64,000 bases of DNA, taken from positions 12,067 to 76,066 of the forward strand of contig CAJOMC010000002.1 in NCBI GenBank assembly GCA_905235635.1, written 5' to 3'. Source of the stretch: an uncultured Bacilli bacterium (GTDB lineage Bacteria > Bacillota_I > Bacilli_A > Izemoplasmatales > UBA1188). Each line of letters starts with the position of its first letter. Position 1 is the stretch's first letter. Positions 1 through 10,021 of the stretch are shown in pieces. Under the pieces are notes generated by a model. It saw only the letters and a program-made list of their open reading frames with translations. It had not been told where the DNA came from and did not search any database. Made by a program: the position numbers and the translations under genes.

Positions 1-1451
1 ACTTTTCTTTCTTTAAAGCCTTCTTTCATAAGAAGTTCATCTCTATATTCATAGAGTTTAAATATGGTATCAATGGTTCTAATCATACCTTCTTGGAATA
101 GGAATTCAGATATTTTATCTCCAAGACCTGTGATATCATATGCATCTCTTGATGCAAAGTGGATAATTGATTCAACACGTCTTGCGGGACATTCTTGATT
201 TAGGCAGTACCAATCAGCTTCTCCTTCTTTTCTAATAAGTTCGCTATGACATATCGGACATATATTAATCATTTCAAATGGAGGAAGAGTTTTGTCTCTT
301 TCATCTAATACGACAGATACAACCTCTGGGATAATCTCTGCGGCTTTTCTAACCATGACAAAATCACCCACTCTTATATCTTTTAATAAGATATAGTCTT
401 CGTTGTTTAGAGTTGCACGTGATACAGTTGAACCAGATATATTAACCGGTGTAAGATTCGCAACTGGCGTAATAACTCCAGTACGTCCTACTTGAAAATC
501 TATTGACTTAATTTGTGTCTTTACTTCAAGTGGTGCGAACTTATAGGCAACCGCCCATTTTGGATATTTCACAGTCTCGCCAATTAAAGAGTAATCTCTC
601 ATATAGTTGTATTTAAAGACAACGCCATCGATAGAATAATCATAATCAAATCTCTTTGAATCAATATCATCTAGATATTCGATTATCTCTTTTTTATTCC
701 TTGCGATAATGCCTTCTTTATTTACCTTAAAGCCAAGAGATGCCATAAAGGATAGGGCTTCACTTTGAGTTGTAATACCGTGTTTTTCTGGTTCCACTAA
801 ATAATAAATAAATGAACTAAGGCCTCTTTTTGCGACCACTTTGGGGTCAAGTTGTCTAATAGTGCCTGCGGCTGCATTTCTTTCATTTTTAAATGGCTCT
901 TCGCCGTTTCTTATTTTCTCTTCATTAATCTTTTCAAGGTTTTTCTTTGGAAGATAAATCTCACCTCTAACTTCGATATCGATATCTTTTGCGAGTCTTA
1001 AAGGAATAGACGGGATAGTTTTAGCGTTATTTGTGATATCTTCGCCTATAACTCCATCACCACGAGTTGATGCCTCTTTAAGCAATCCTTTTTCATATAT
1101 TAAATCAACTGATAATCCATCAATTTTAAGTTCAAGTGAGTATTCAGTTTTACCTGTGAGTTTTTCTATTGAATTAATATATGAAACTACTTCTTCATAA
1201 GAGAAGATATCAGAGAGTGATTTCATCTCTATATCGTGATGAACCTTTTGGAACTTACTTAAAACCTCGCCTCCCACTCTTAGAGTAGGTGAATCAGGAG
1301 TTTTAAATTCTGGATATCTTTCTTCAAGATCGATTAGCTCTTTCATAAGCATATCGTATTCATAATCAGAAAGGGTTGGATTATCTAGAGTGTAATATTC
1401 ATAATTAGCTTTATTAATTATCTTCTTTAATTCTTCAATTCTCTCTTTCAT
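1..1451 (-). CDS. ligA: NAD-dependent DNA ligase, N-terminal about 483 codons (C-terminus lies beyond the window edge)
   Basis: Own minus-strand translation from ATG at 1451: MKERIEELKKIINKANYEYYTLDNPTLSDYEYDML... It has the adenylation motif ELKIDGLS (KxDG) and a Zn-finger-like CPICHSEL..CLNQECP. It is absent from the ORF track because it runs off the window. Confidence 0.9.
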   Translation of the reverse strand, partial: MKERIEELKKIINKANYEYYTLDNPTLSDYEYDMLMKELIDLEERYPEFKTPDSPTLRVGGEVLSKFQKVHHDIEMKSLSDIFSYEEVVSYINSIEKLTGKTEYSLELKIDGLSVDLIYEKGLLKEASTRGDGVIGEDITNNAKTIPSIPLRLAKDIDIEVRGEIYLPKKNLEKINEEKIRNGEEPFKNERNAAAGTIRQLDPKVVAKRGLSSFIYYLVEPEKHGITTQSEALSFMASLGFKVNKEGIIARNKKEIIEYLDDIDSKRFDYDYSIDGVVFKYNYMRDYSLIGETVKYPKWAVAYKFAPLEVKTQIKSIDFQVGRTGVITPVANLTPVNISGSTVSRATLNNEDYILLKDIRVGDFVMVRKAAEIIPEVVSVVLDERDKTLPPFEMINICPICHSELIRKEGEADWYCLNQECPARRVESIIHFASRDAYDITGLGDKISEFLFQEGMIRTIDTIFKLYEYRDELLMKEGFKERK

Positions 1452-1956
1452 TTATAATCCTCCTTATATATTCATCAACATCTTTTTGTTTTTTAAGTAA
1501 TACCACCTTATCGGGGTATTTCACTTTGAACTGATCAAACCTACTAGTTATTTTCTTACGTCTTTGGCCAAATAGTGCCCACATAATAAATGATAAATCA
1601 GGCTTATCAGGACAACCTTCTGCCATATCATCTCTTTGCACACCTTTATTTGCGACTTCTCTTTTCAAGATTCTTTTAAGACAAGTTAGTCTATTAAATT
1701 TTAGATATAATATTTTATCTGCCTCGTAAAACCTTTCTATATTGTGGTTATAGTAGTTTCCATCAATTACCCAACTACTGTGAGAGTTCATAAAATCGGC
1801 TATATCTTTTTCAAGCAATTCTTTTTCTCTTATAACCATGCCTGGGTAAAAGTGAAGTTTATCAATATGTAAAACTTCAATATCATAAATATTACCTAGT
1901 GTTTTAGCGAGAGTGGATTTACCGGAACCCGCAAATCCGCAAATTAGTATTTTCAT
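1435..1956 (-). CDS. P-loop NTPase, adenylate-kinase-like / topology modulation protein (FlaR-like)
   Basis: Walker A GFAGSGKSTLAK at the N-terminus. 173 aa, with a DGNY...DMAEGCPDK pattern typical of the FlaR/AAA adenylate-kinase-like family. Confidence 0.6.
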   Translation of the reverse strand: MKILICGFAGSGKSTLAKTLGNIYDIEVLHIDKLHFYPGMVIREKELLEKDIADFMNSHSSWVIDGNYYNHNIERFYEADKILYLKFNRLTCLKRILKREVANKGVQRDDMAEGCPDKPDLSFIMWALFGQRRKKITSRFDQFKVKYPDKVVLLKKQKDVDEYIRRIINEREN

Positions 1957-4091
1957 TATCTTTTAGTTAATAAAGGATGCCCTATAATTATTTTTTTAGT
2001 CACTTTCTTCTCAGGAAACTCCACAATATAGAATCCTTCAAAGATAGCTTTAATAGTGCCCGCCCCAAACATTGTATGATATACTTCGTCTTTCACATTA
2101 TAGTCAGGTTCTGGGAACTTAGTTTTAGTTTTAATAGTTTTATCGGATTCTATCTCTTTTGCGTATGTAGATTCTTTTGGCTTAAGCGATCCAATTTCTG
2201 CGATAAATGGAGATGCTTTCTCTATTTGAGTAGAACCGAATACAAATCTAGATTTAGCGTATGATAAATATAGCCTTTCTTTCGCTCTTGTGATTGCAAC
2301 ATAAAGAAGTCTTCTTTCTTCCTCTATATCATCCGCCCTTAATGATGGGATAACTCCATTTGAGAGTGACACAAGAAATACTACCTTAAATTCAAGGCCC
2401 TTTGATGAATGCATAGTCATAAGTGATACAGCATTATCGCTATCACTAGACATATCAAGGTCAGTCATTAAAGTAACATTATCTAGAAAATCAACTATAG
2501 TATCAACGTTTGAACCAGGTGTTTCTGTCTCAGTTATTGCGCCTAAGAGTTCTTTTACGTTTTCTTCTCTTGTATATCTTTCATCTAGATCCTCAATTGA
2601 ATCTATAAATTCTTTATAGCCCGAATTGTCATATACCGTTTCAAGGAATTCTTTTAAAGGCATCTTATCTATAAGTTGAGCTAGCGAATTAATAATAGAG
2701 AAGAAATCATTTAATATCTTTTTAGCGGGGGTGGATATATTTGCGATATTTACCGCATCACTTAGTTTAAGACTATTATCTTTAGCGGCTTTAAATAGTT
2801 TTTCAATTGTTTGTTTACCAATATGCCTTGATGGGGTTGATATTGCACGTTCAAAGGAATATAGGTCGTCAAAAGAGATGATTAGTCTAAGGTATGCAAG
2901 CATATCTTTTACTTCTTTTCTCTTATAGAAAGAAAGGCCTGCATATACCTTATAGTTAATTCTTTGATATATTAGTTCATTTTCTATATTTCTTGAGAGA
3001 TAGTTATTTCTATATAAGATAGCGATATCTTTATATTCATAGTTATGATATTGAACTAAATCTTTGATTCTTTCTCCTATAGCTCTTGCCTCATATTTGT
3101 CATATTCAAATGACTGGAATTTAACATCTTCTCCACCTTTTTTCACACAAAATAGATCTTTAGGAATTCTATCTTTATTGTGGGAGATAAGCTTATTCGC
3201 AGCTTCAAGAATGTTTTCAGTAGATCTATAGTTCTCATTTAGAATAAATCTCTCATATGTAGAGAAATCTCTCATAAATTTTTTAATGTTGTTGATGTTT
3301 GAACCTCTAAAAGAATAAATTGATTGGTCCTCATCCCCTACAATAAAGAGGTTTTGGCTATTTATCGCAATCATTTTAACTAAGTCATACTGGATGTTAG
3401 ATGTATCTTGGAACTCATCTACTAATACATATGGGTATTTATTTTGGTAGTATGATAATATCTTTGGATTCTTTTCGAATACTTCAATAGTAAGTAGGAT
3501 TAAATCATCAAAATCAAGGAGATTCTCATCTATAAGTTTTTGATTATATAAATTAAGTATATTAGTAAAATGCTTTGCGAGGTTTAAATCATAGGCACTC
3601 TCAAGTGTAATCATCTTAGATTTAACTTGTGATATTACTGATTGGGCATCTTTTGGAGTGATAAATTTAGGATCAATCCCAAGTTCAATAATTGATTCTC
3701 TAATTAATTTTCTTGAGTCATCATCATCAATAATTTGAAAATTAGTGAATCTATCTGGAAGAGCATCTATAGTTGAACGGAGGACTTTTGCGCAAAATGA
3801 GTGGAAAGTTGATGCCTGAATATATCTTGCGTATTCTCCAACTAATACTTCAAGTCTATCTCTCATCTCTTTTGCGGCTTTATTAGTAAATGTAATCGCA
3901 AGAATAGATGATGGAGCTATGTTGTATTCAGAAATCATATAGGCAATACGATGTGTTAAAACACGGGTCTTACCTGACCCGGCCCCCGCTATAACAAGCG
4001 ATGGTCCTAAGATTGCCATACACGCTTCTTTTTGTTTTTCATTTAGTTCATCAAGTATATTATTCATCTCTATATAGTTTAAAAGAGGCAT
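1956..4091 (-). CDS. pcrA: ATP-dependent DNA helicase PcrA/UvrD family
   Basis: 711 aa. Motif I AGAGSGKTRVLTHRIAYM, motif II VDEFQDTS, TMHSSKGLEF and VAITRAKERLYLS. The ligA-adjacent position is as in many Bacillota. Confidence 0.9.
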   Translation of the reverse strand: MPLLNYIEMNNILDELNEKQKEACMAILGPSLVIAGAGSGKTRVLTHRIAYMISEYNIAPSSILAITFTNKAAKEMRDRLEVLVGEYARYIQASTFHSFCAKVLRSTIDALPDRFTNFQIIDDDDSRKLIRESIIELGIDPKFITPKDAQSVISQVKSKMITLESAYDLNLAKHFTNILNLYNQKLIDENLLDFDDLILLTIEVFEKNPKILSYYQNKYPYVLVDEFQDTSNIQYDLVKMIAINSQNLFIVGDEDQSIYSFRGSNINNIKKFMRDFSTYERFILNENYRSTENILEAANKLISHNKDRIPKDLFCVKKGGEDVKFQSFEYDKYEARAIGERIKDLVQYHNYEYKDIAILYRNNYLSRNIENELIYQRINYKVYAGLSFYKRKEVKDMLAYLRLIISFDDLYSFERAISTPSRHIGKQTIEKLFKAAKDNSLKLSDAVNIANISTPAKKILNDFFSIINSLAQLIDKMPLKEFLETVYDNSGYKEFIDSIEDLDERYTREENVKELLGAITETETPGSNVDTIVDFLDNVTLMTDLDMSSDSDNAVSLMTMHSSKGLEFKVVFLVSLSNGVIPSLRADDIEEERRLLYVAITRAKERLYLSYAKSRFVFGSTQIEKASPFIAEIGSLKPKESTYAKEIESDKTIKTKTKFPEPDYNVKDEVYHTMFGAGTIKAIFEGFYIVEFPEKKVTKKIIIGHPLLTKR

Positions 4092-4107
4092 AAGCCTCTA
4101 TTATTAT

Positions 4108-5739
4108 TTATTTTTTAACTGATGATTTTAAAGAAACAGTTCTATTTATCACAATATTATCTTCTTTAGAATCATAATCATTTGAGAAATATCCATATCT
4201 CATAAGTTGGCATTTAGCAAGTGGAGATGAATCATATGCTTCTTCCACAAAACCGTAAGATACCATGAGTGATTCAGGATTAATTCTATCCTCTAGTGGA
4301 AGTGAGTCATCATCCTCTTCCTTAAGTAAAGGATTAAATAAATTGAATTGAGCCTTCTTTGCGGTACTTTCATCCACATATTGGATAGTACCTTGAGGTT
4401 TTCTTTCATTAAATCCAGAACCAGATAATGTATCTTTATCATATGTGCATAAGATTTCAGTGATACTACCTTCACTATCTTTAATTACTTCATTTGCCTT
4501 AATGAAATATGCACCCATAAGACGCACCTCAGCGCCTAAAGATAATCTTTTATATTTATTGTTTGGTTTGACTTCTGTGAAATCTTCGCTATCAATATAA
4601 AGATGTTTAGAGAAAGATATCTTTCTTGAACCTAATTCCTCATTTTCAAGGTTATTAGGGAAATCAAAATATTCCACTAAATCATCAGGATAATTGGTGA
4701 TAGTAACTTTAATTGGATTCATTACGGCCATTCTTCTAACTTGTCTTAGCTTTTCAAGATCCATATAGAAGTGATCAAGCAAAGATAGTGGAACTTCAGA
4801 ATTAATTCTAGATAATCCGGTTGATAGGATAAATTCTTTAATTGATTCAGGAGTATATCCTCTTCTTTTAAGTCCGACAAGTGTAGGCATTCTTGGGTCA
4901 TCATAGTCACTCACAAGATGCTTATCAACCATCTCTTTTAAATATCTTTTAGAGAGAATAGTACCTTCAATGTTGAGTCTTCCAAATTCAATTTGTCTTG
5001 GTTTTGATGGCGGATTGGTGTGATCTATTACCCAATCATATAGGACTCTATGGTCATCATATTCAAGAGAACATAGCGAATGAGTTATAAATTCATTCGC
5101 ATCTTGAAGTGGGTGAGCGTAATCATATAAAGGATAAATATTCCATTTAGATCCTGTGTGTGGGTGAGGTTTCTTGATAATACGATAGATTGCGGGGTCT
5201 CTCATATTAAGGTTAGGAGATGCCATATCTATTTTAAGTCTTAATACTTTAGAGCCTTCCTCGTATAAACCATCTTTCATTTCTTCAAATAGTTTTAGAT
5301 TTTCTTCTATACTTCTATCTCTATAAGGAGAATTCTTCCCTGGTGTATCAAGAGTACCTCTATATTCTCTCATTTCTTCTTTAGTTAAATCATCAACATA
5401 TGCGAGGCCTTCTTTGATTAAATTAACGGCTTTATTATAATCATCTTCAAAATAATCACTGCCATAAGTGATTTTATATGGGTGATATCCTAGCCATTCT
5501 AAGTCATTCTTTATGCCGTCAATAAATCTTTTTTCTTCTTTCGCAGGATTAGTGTCATCAAATCTTAAAATAGTTTTTCCATTAAAAGATGCCGCAAGCT
5601 CAAAATTAGTGATTATCGCTCTTGCGTGGCCAATGTGAAGATATGCATTTGGTTCTGGAGGAAACCTAGTAATTATTTCATCATGTTTACCATTTTTAAG
5701 GTCTTCTTCCATTATTGTTTTTATAAAATTAGAGATCAT
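4108..5739 (-). CDS. glnS: Glutaminyl-tRNA synthetase
   Basis: NFIKTIMEEDLKNGKHDEIITRFPPEPNAYLHIGHA aligns with the GlnRS N-terminus and HIGH motif. There is a VLSKR (KMSKS-like) motif. The start is moved to ATG 5739, which has a GGAGG 7 nt upstream; the track start 5766 overlaps the upstream gene. Confidence 0.85.
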   Translation of the reverse strand: MISNFIKTIMEEDLKNGKHDEIITRFPPEPNAYLHIGHARAIITNFELAASFNGKTILRFDDTNPAKEEKRFIDGIKNDLEWLGYHPYKITYGSDYFEDDYNKAVNLIKEGLAYVDDLTKEEMREYRGTLDTPGKNSPYRDRSIEENLKLFEEMKDGLYEEGSKVLRLKIDMASPNLNMRDPAIYRIIKKPHPHTGSKWNIYPLYDYAHPLQDANEFITHSLCSLEYDDHRVLYDWVIDHTNPPSKPRQIEFGRLNIEGTILSKRYLKEMVDKHLVSDYDDPRMPTLVGLKRRGYTPESIKEFILSTGLSRINSEVPLSLLDHFYMDLEKLRQVRRMAVMNPIKVTITNYPDDLVEYFDFPNNLENEELGSRKISFSKHLYIDSEDFTEVKPNNKYKRLSLGAEVRLMGAYFIKANEVIKDSEGSITEILCTYDKDTLSGSGFNERKPQGTIQYVDESTAKKAQFNLFNPLLKEEDDDSLPLEDRINPESLMVSYGFVEEAYDSSPLAKCQLMRYGYFSNDYDSKEDNIVINRTVSLKSSVKK

Positions 5740-5740
5740 A

Positions 5741-7279
5741 TTATGCCTCCTCTTTGAGTAGTCCACTTATATAATTATACACATCTAAATCTATTTCTTT
5801 AAAGTATTCTTTTAACTTTGTTAAAAATAGGGTCTTATTTGTGTATTTAAGTTCATTAAATGAGTCACATATTGTATTAATGACAGTAAAATCTATTTCA
5901 TTAGGTAAAGCTTCCTCAATCTCACTAATAAATACATTAGACATTACGTTTTCCGTAATAATATCTAAATATTCATTTTCTTTTACCATTAATGTGTCAT
6001 CTTCTAAAGAATTATATTCAATACTTAAATCTTTAAGTAATTTTTCTAAACCAATATTATAGTCAGAGGATAGATTAATCCCATACTCACTTAAGATGTC
6101 CTTTATATATTTAAACATCTCTTTATCTCTTATCGATAGATAGTCATAAGGACTCTCTGTTGGATCCACCCCAATATATAAAGTATTAAGTGTAAGAATA
6201 TTATTATCTTCTTTAAACTCTAAATCTAATGATATATATTTAGTAAAAATATGATAGATAATATTCATTAAATAAGTATCATTATTTTTTGAAATATAGA
6301 TGGATTCTATTGTGATTTCATTAAATGAAGCGGGATTAGGATTTATTTCACCAAGTATATCAAGATAGATAACGCTATTTAGTAAATCGCTAGTTATAGG
6401 GATATTCTCACCTTTTAATAAGTAATTTACTATGGATTTATAATTTATATCCTTCGCTATTATTTCATCTATGTAATAATTATTTCTAGTATTGCTTGAG
6501 ATAAGAAGCTTAGTGTAATCTAAGCTAAAATAAATCTTTCTATCGATATTTACTTTAAGAAGATTGTTGTTTGAAAGGATTATGAGGAGTGATGAGATAG
6601 CCTTTCTCATCTTAGGGTAATCACCTATTAGTATATCCCCTATAATTCCATCTCCTATATTCTCAAACAGGTCCTTCTTTCTAATAGTAACTGAAACATC
6701 GGAAGCATCTACCCTTCCAAATTTTAATGTTTCAAGAGCCTGTGAAATAATTTGTCTAAGCGAACCTTCGTTATCATTTTCAATAAGCGCTTTAGTAAAT
6801 GAGGATGGGATAAGGATAGACCCAATATTCGCCCTTGATAGTTTTAAGATAAATTCTGTATCAGTGACATCTATTGTGAAATATGCAGATATCTTAATAG
6901 AATAATTTAAAAGATGTTTATAGGAAAGATGAAAATTAAAGACGATATAGTTTTTTAGGATCCTTAAGGTAACACCTTTTAATGCCCACTTGCTGGTTTC
7001 ATAAATATATTCGTTATTATAATCAATTGAATTAAATATAATTTCATTTAATGTGTCACTATCAAACTCAATTGACATTACATTTAGACTCACTGATTTT
7101 TCTATTTCTTTTACAAGTATCTCCTCAAACGTTTCACTATATGAAGAGTTAGTATTATCTCTTCTATATTTCTTCTTAGGAGTAAAGTCGTAAGTTAGGA
7201 AAAAGAAAAGAAACGCTAATAGAATTATAGCGAATAATATATATGAAATTATCTTAATTGCCTTATTCTTAAAAATCAT
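5741..7279 (-). CDS. Hypothetical membrane-anchored protein (single N-terminal TM)
   Basis: 512-aa ORF. It has an N-terminal hydrophobic helix (IISYILFAIILLAFLFFFL). Its start overlaps the tsaD stop as ATGA. No recognisable catalytic motif. Confidence 0.5.
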   Translation of the reverse strand: MIFKNKAIKIISYILFAIILLAFLFFFLTYDFTPKKKYRRDNTNSSYSETFEEILVKEIEKSVSLNVMSIEFDSDTLNEIIFNSIDYNNEYIYETSKWALKGVTLRILKNYIVFNFHLSYKHLLNYSIKISAYFTIDVTDTEFILKLSRANIGSILIPSSFTKALIENDNEGSLRQIISQALETLKFGRVDASDVSVTIRKKDLFENIGDGIIGDILIGDYPKMRKAISSLLIILSNNNLLKVNIDRKIYFSLDYTKLLISSNTRNNYYIDEIIAKDINYKSIVNYLLKGENIPITSDLLNSVIYLDILGEINPNPASFNEITIESIYISKNNDTYLMNIIYHIFTKYISLDLEFKEDNNILTLNTLYIGVDPTESPYDYLSIRDKEMFKYIKDILSEYGINLSSDYNIGLEKLLKDLSIEYNSLEDDTLMVKENEYLDIITENVMSNVFISEIEEALPNEIDFTVINTICDSFNELKYTNKTLFLTKLKEYFKEIDLDVYNYISGLLKEEA

Positions 7280-8265
7280 AAATCAAGTCTAGATGATGCC
7301 TTTAAGGACATATCGTCAATTAGTCCTTTCTTTATCTTATAATAGGCACTGATGCCTATCATTGCGGCATTATCACCACAATATTTTGTCTTAGGGAATG
7401 TGACTATCACCTTATTTAATTCATTTAAGAATCTATTTCTAATGACACTATTTGCGGCACTCCCTCCGACAACAAGAACTTCTTTTACTTTATATTCTTT
7501 AATAGCTTTTTTAACCTTATAAATTAATACATCAGTGACAGCTTCTTCAAAACTTCTTGCGATATCAGAGTCACTATATGGTTCACCCGATTCTTCTAAA
7601 TCTTTCTTAAGTTTTGTGACTGCGGTCTTAAGACCTGAAAAACTAAAGTCATAGTTAGGTGAATATATCATAGGGCGAGGAAGATTATAGATATCTTTCC
7701 CATCTTTACCTATTTTATCAAGAAGTGGACCTCCAGGATATGGAAGACCCATTATGCGGGCGGCTTTATCAAAAGCTTCACCTACTGCATCGTCAGTGGT
7801 CGAACCAATCTTTTTAAATAAATAATCTTCATTCATAATAACTATTTCTGTGTGACCCCCAGAGATAATAAGTGCAAGACATGGGAATGATACATCATGT
7901 TCTATCATTGAGGCATAAATATGTCCAGTTAAGTGGTTTACCCCAACAAGTGGTTTAGATGAAAAGAGCGAAACTGTCTTTGCGGCATTAATGCCAGTTA
8001 AAAGGGAGCCAATTAAACCAGGTCCTTCAGTTACAGCGATATAATCTATTTGATCAAGAGTAACACCTGCGTCTTCAAGTGCTTTTTTATATATTAATGT
8101 GATTCCTTTTACGTGTTCACGTGATGAAATCTCAGGAACTACTCCACCATATTCCTTAAATATATCTATTTGAGATAAAACTTCATTTGAAAGAACATAT
8201 TTACCATCTTTTGTGACTGCACAACTAGTTTCATCACATGATGATTCAAAACTTAGTATTAACAT
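7276..8265 (-). CDS. tsaD: tRNA N6-adenosine threonylcarbamoyltransferase TsaD
   Basis: ILSFESSCDETSCAV, the GVNHLTGH metal motif and GGSAANS. 329 aa. Confidence 0.92.
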   Translation of the reverse strand: MLILSFESSCDETSCAVTKDGKYVLSNEVLSQIDIFKEYGGVVPEISSREHVKGITLIYKKALEDAGVTLDQIDYIAVTEGPGLIGSLLTGINAAKTVSLFSSKPLVGVNHLTGHIYASMIEHDVSFPCLALIISGGHTEIVIMNEDYLFKKIGSTTDDAVGEAFDKAARIMGLPYPGGPLLDKIGKDGKDIYNLPRPMIYSPNYDFSFSGLKTAVTKLKKDLEESGEPYSDSDIARSFEEAVTDVLIYKVKKAIKEYKVKEVLVVGGSAANSVIRNRFLNELNKVIVTFPKTKYCGDNAAMIGISAYYKIKKGLIDDMSLKASSRLDL

Positions 8266-8676
8266 TTATAACTCTTTCTCCATAACAATTGAATCATGTC
8301 CGTTATCGTAATATTTTATTCTTCTTGATATTTCTTTGAAGTCTAATTTCTTATATAGCTTATATGCATATAAATTATCAGTATCAACTTCAAGGAAACA
8401 TTTACTAACACCATTATCTTTTAAGATATTTAGTGTTTCATTTAGTAGTCTATACCCTAATCCTTTATTTCTATAACCCTCATCAATTAAGAGATATAAA
8501 ACTTCTGCCTCAGGACTAACTACATTAAACGCGATATATCCAATAATAATATCTATATCTTTTAGTAAGAAGATTTTTCTTACAGTATCATTAGATATAA
8601 AATCAGTGCCTTTATTATTTTTAATCCATAATCTAAGGCTTTCTTTTTCTTTTAAGTTAAATTCTTGAACTCTCAT
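8266..8676 (-). CDS. rimI: Ribosomal-protein-alanine N-acetyltransferase (GNAT)
   Basis: GNAT acetyl-CoA motif YRNKGLGYRLL. It sits between tsaB and tsaD as in Bacillus ydiB-E. Confidence 0.75.
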   Translation of the reverse strand: MRVQEFNLKEKESLRLWIKNNKGTDFISNDTVRKIFLLKDIDIIIGYIAFNVVSPEAEVLYLLIDEGYRNKGLGYRLLNETLNILKDNGVSKCFLEVDTDNLYAYKLYKKLDFKEISRRIKYYDNGHDSIVMEKEL

Positions 8677-9272
8677 TCAAGACCTCTTCTTTTTCTTTCC
8701 GCTTCCACAAGTTGAAGGTAGTTTGGGGTTAGTGAATCAACATCTTCTACCCTAGTTAGAAGATTAGAATTTAATAATAAGGTGATATTAGGTTTACCAT
8801 TTTCTACTATTAGTACTTTATCATTTTCTTTATCCTTAAAATACTCTTCAATAGATACAACCTTATCTTCTTCTAATCTAATTAGCTTGTCCATATCTAT
8901 AGTAAAATGCGAAATATAGGCATTCCCTCTTCTCGCATCTATTAAAGGATATGATTCACATAAGGAAGATGATGCGATTAATGAAAGAGTAGAAAATGAG
9001 TATAATGTGGCACTTGACAAGACCGTAAGCATCTTTGCGATTGTCACCGCAACTCTTATACCTGTGTATGATCCAGGACCGATACCTACATATATTTCCT
9101 CTACGTCTTTTAAAGATTTAGAGCTTTCTTTTAACATATTCTCCAAATCAACCATTAAAGTTTCAGAACTAGATTGTTTAGAATATTCATATCTTTCACT
9201 TAGAATATCCAAATCATTTAAAAGAGCTATATAGTAATAGTCAGTTGATGAATCAAGAACTAATTTAATCAT
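8673..9272 (-). CDS. tsaB: tRNA threonylcarbamoyladenosine biosynthesis protein TsaB
   Basis: LVLDSSTDYYYIAL and GPGSYTGIRV motifs, in operon context. Confidence 0.85.
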   Translation of the reverse strand: MIKLVLDSSTDYYYIALLNDLDILSERYEYSKQSSSETLMVDLENMLKESSKSLKDVEEIYVGIGPGSYTGIRVAVTIAKMLTVLSSATLYSFSTLSLIASSSLCESYPLIDARRGNAYISHFTIDMDKLIRLEEDKVVSIEEYFKDKENDKVLIVENGKPNITLLLNSNLLTRVEDVDSLTPNYLQLVEAERKRRGLE

Positions 9273-9690
9273 ATATGCCTCCTTTAATTTCTAATTCTCT
9301 TTTATTTGAATTATCTATTATATTGATGTGAATCTTAATCGCATCTTTAAAGATTGGTTCATCTATAAATTCATACCATTCAATAAATCTTAGTGAATTA
9401 TAATCATAGATATATTCATCAAGCATAGGGTCGTATCCTATATCTTCTAGTCTATATGCATCAATATGGTATAACATGCCTAGATTTGACTTATATATTC
9501 TAACTATATTGAATGTAGGAGATATAACATTTTCCTTAACTCCCAAGTAAAAAGAAACATACTTTGTAAAAGTAGTTTTTCCAGCACCTAAATCACCTTT
9601 TAGGAGTATTAATTCATTTCCCTTTAATTTACTTGCGAAGTCTTTAGAAAAAGATGCAAGCTCTTCTTCGTTATTAACAATTATTTTCAT
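9265..9690 (-). CDS. tsaE: tRNA t6A ATPase TsaE
   Basis: GDLGAGKTTFTK Walker A, SPTFNIV and HIDAYRL motifs. 141 aa. Confidence 0.88.
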   Translation of the reverse strand: MKIIVNNEEELASFSKDFASKLKGNELILLKGDLGAGKTTFTKYVSFYLGVKENVISPTFNIVRIYKSNLGMLYHIDAYRLEDIGYDPMLDEYIYDYNSLRFIEWYEFIDEPIFKDAIKIHINIIDNSNKRELEIKGGIYD

Positions 9691-10021
9691 AATAGCCTAT
9701 TTAATTATAGCACAAAGGCATATCTATTTTTAATGCTTCATTATAGAATATAATGGATGATTATATTTGATGGTTTTATGTATTATCTAGCTAAAAAAGT
9801 ATAAATATTAAATAATCTAGTATTTTGTGATATGATTTTAATTGCTTATTGTATTACTTAATACAAGATCAAAGAAAATGATGGTAGAAGTATTTAAATT
9901 TTAAAATCTAATTTTGTTTTAAGTTATAATTAAGTTTCGTTTGATAAGATGATAATACAAAAAAACGATAAAAGAATTAATTCTATCATGTAAAGATATA
10001 AACAGACAAGGAGGATAGTCT

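Noticed and set aside
1977-2928. Plus-strand ORFs 1977-2264 and 2731-2928 inside pcrA
   Set aside because: They are antisense to a well-supported helicase gene. Their composition is low-complexity Phe/Ser/Leu-rich, typical of the reverse frame of AT-rich genes. They have no SD.
9849-9866. Perfect palindrome TTGTATTA-CT-TAATACAA in the tsaE / protease divergent intergenic region
   Set aside because: It may be an operator. However, an 8-bp AT-only palindrome in AT-rich DNA is weak evidence on its own, and there is no second copy in the window.
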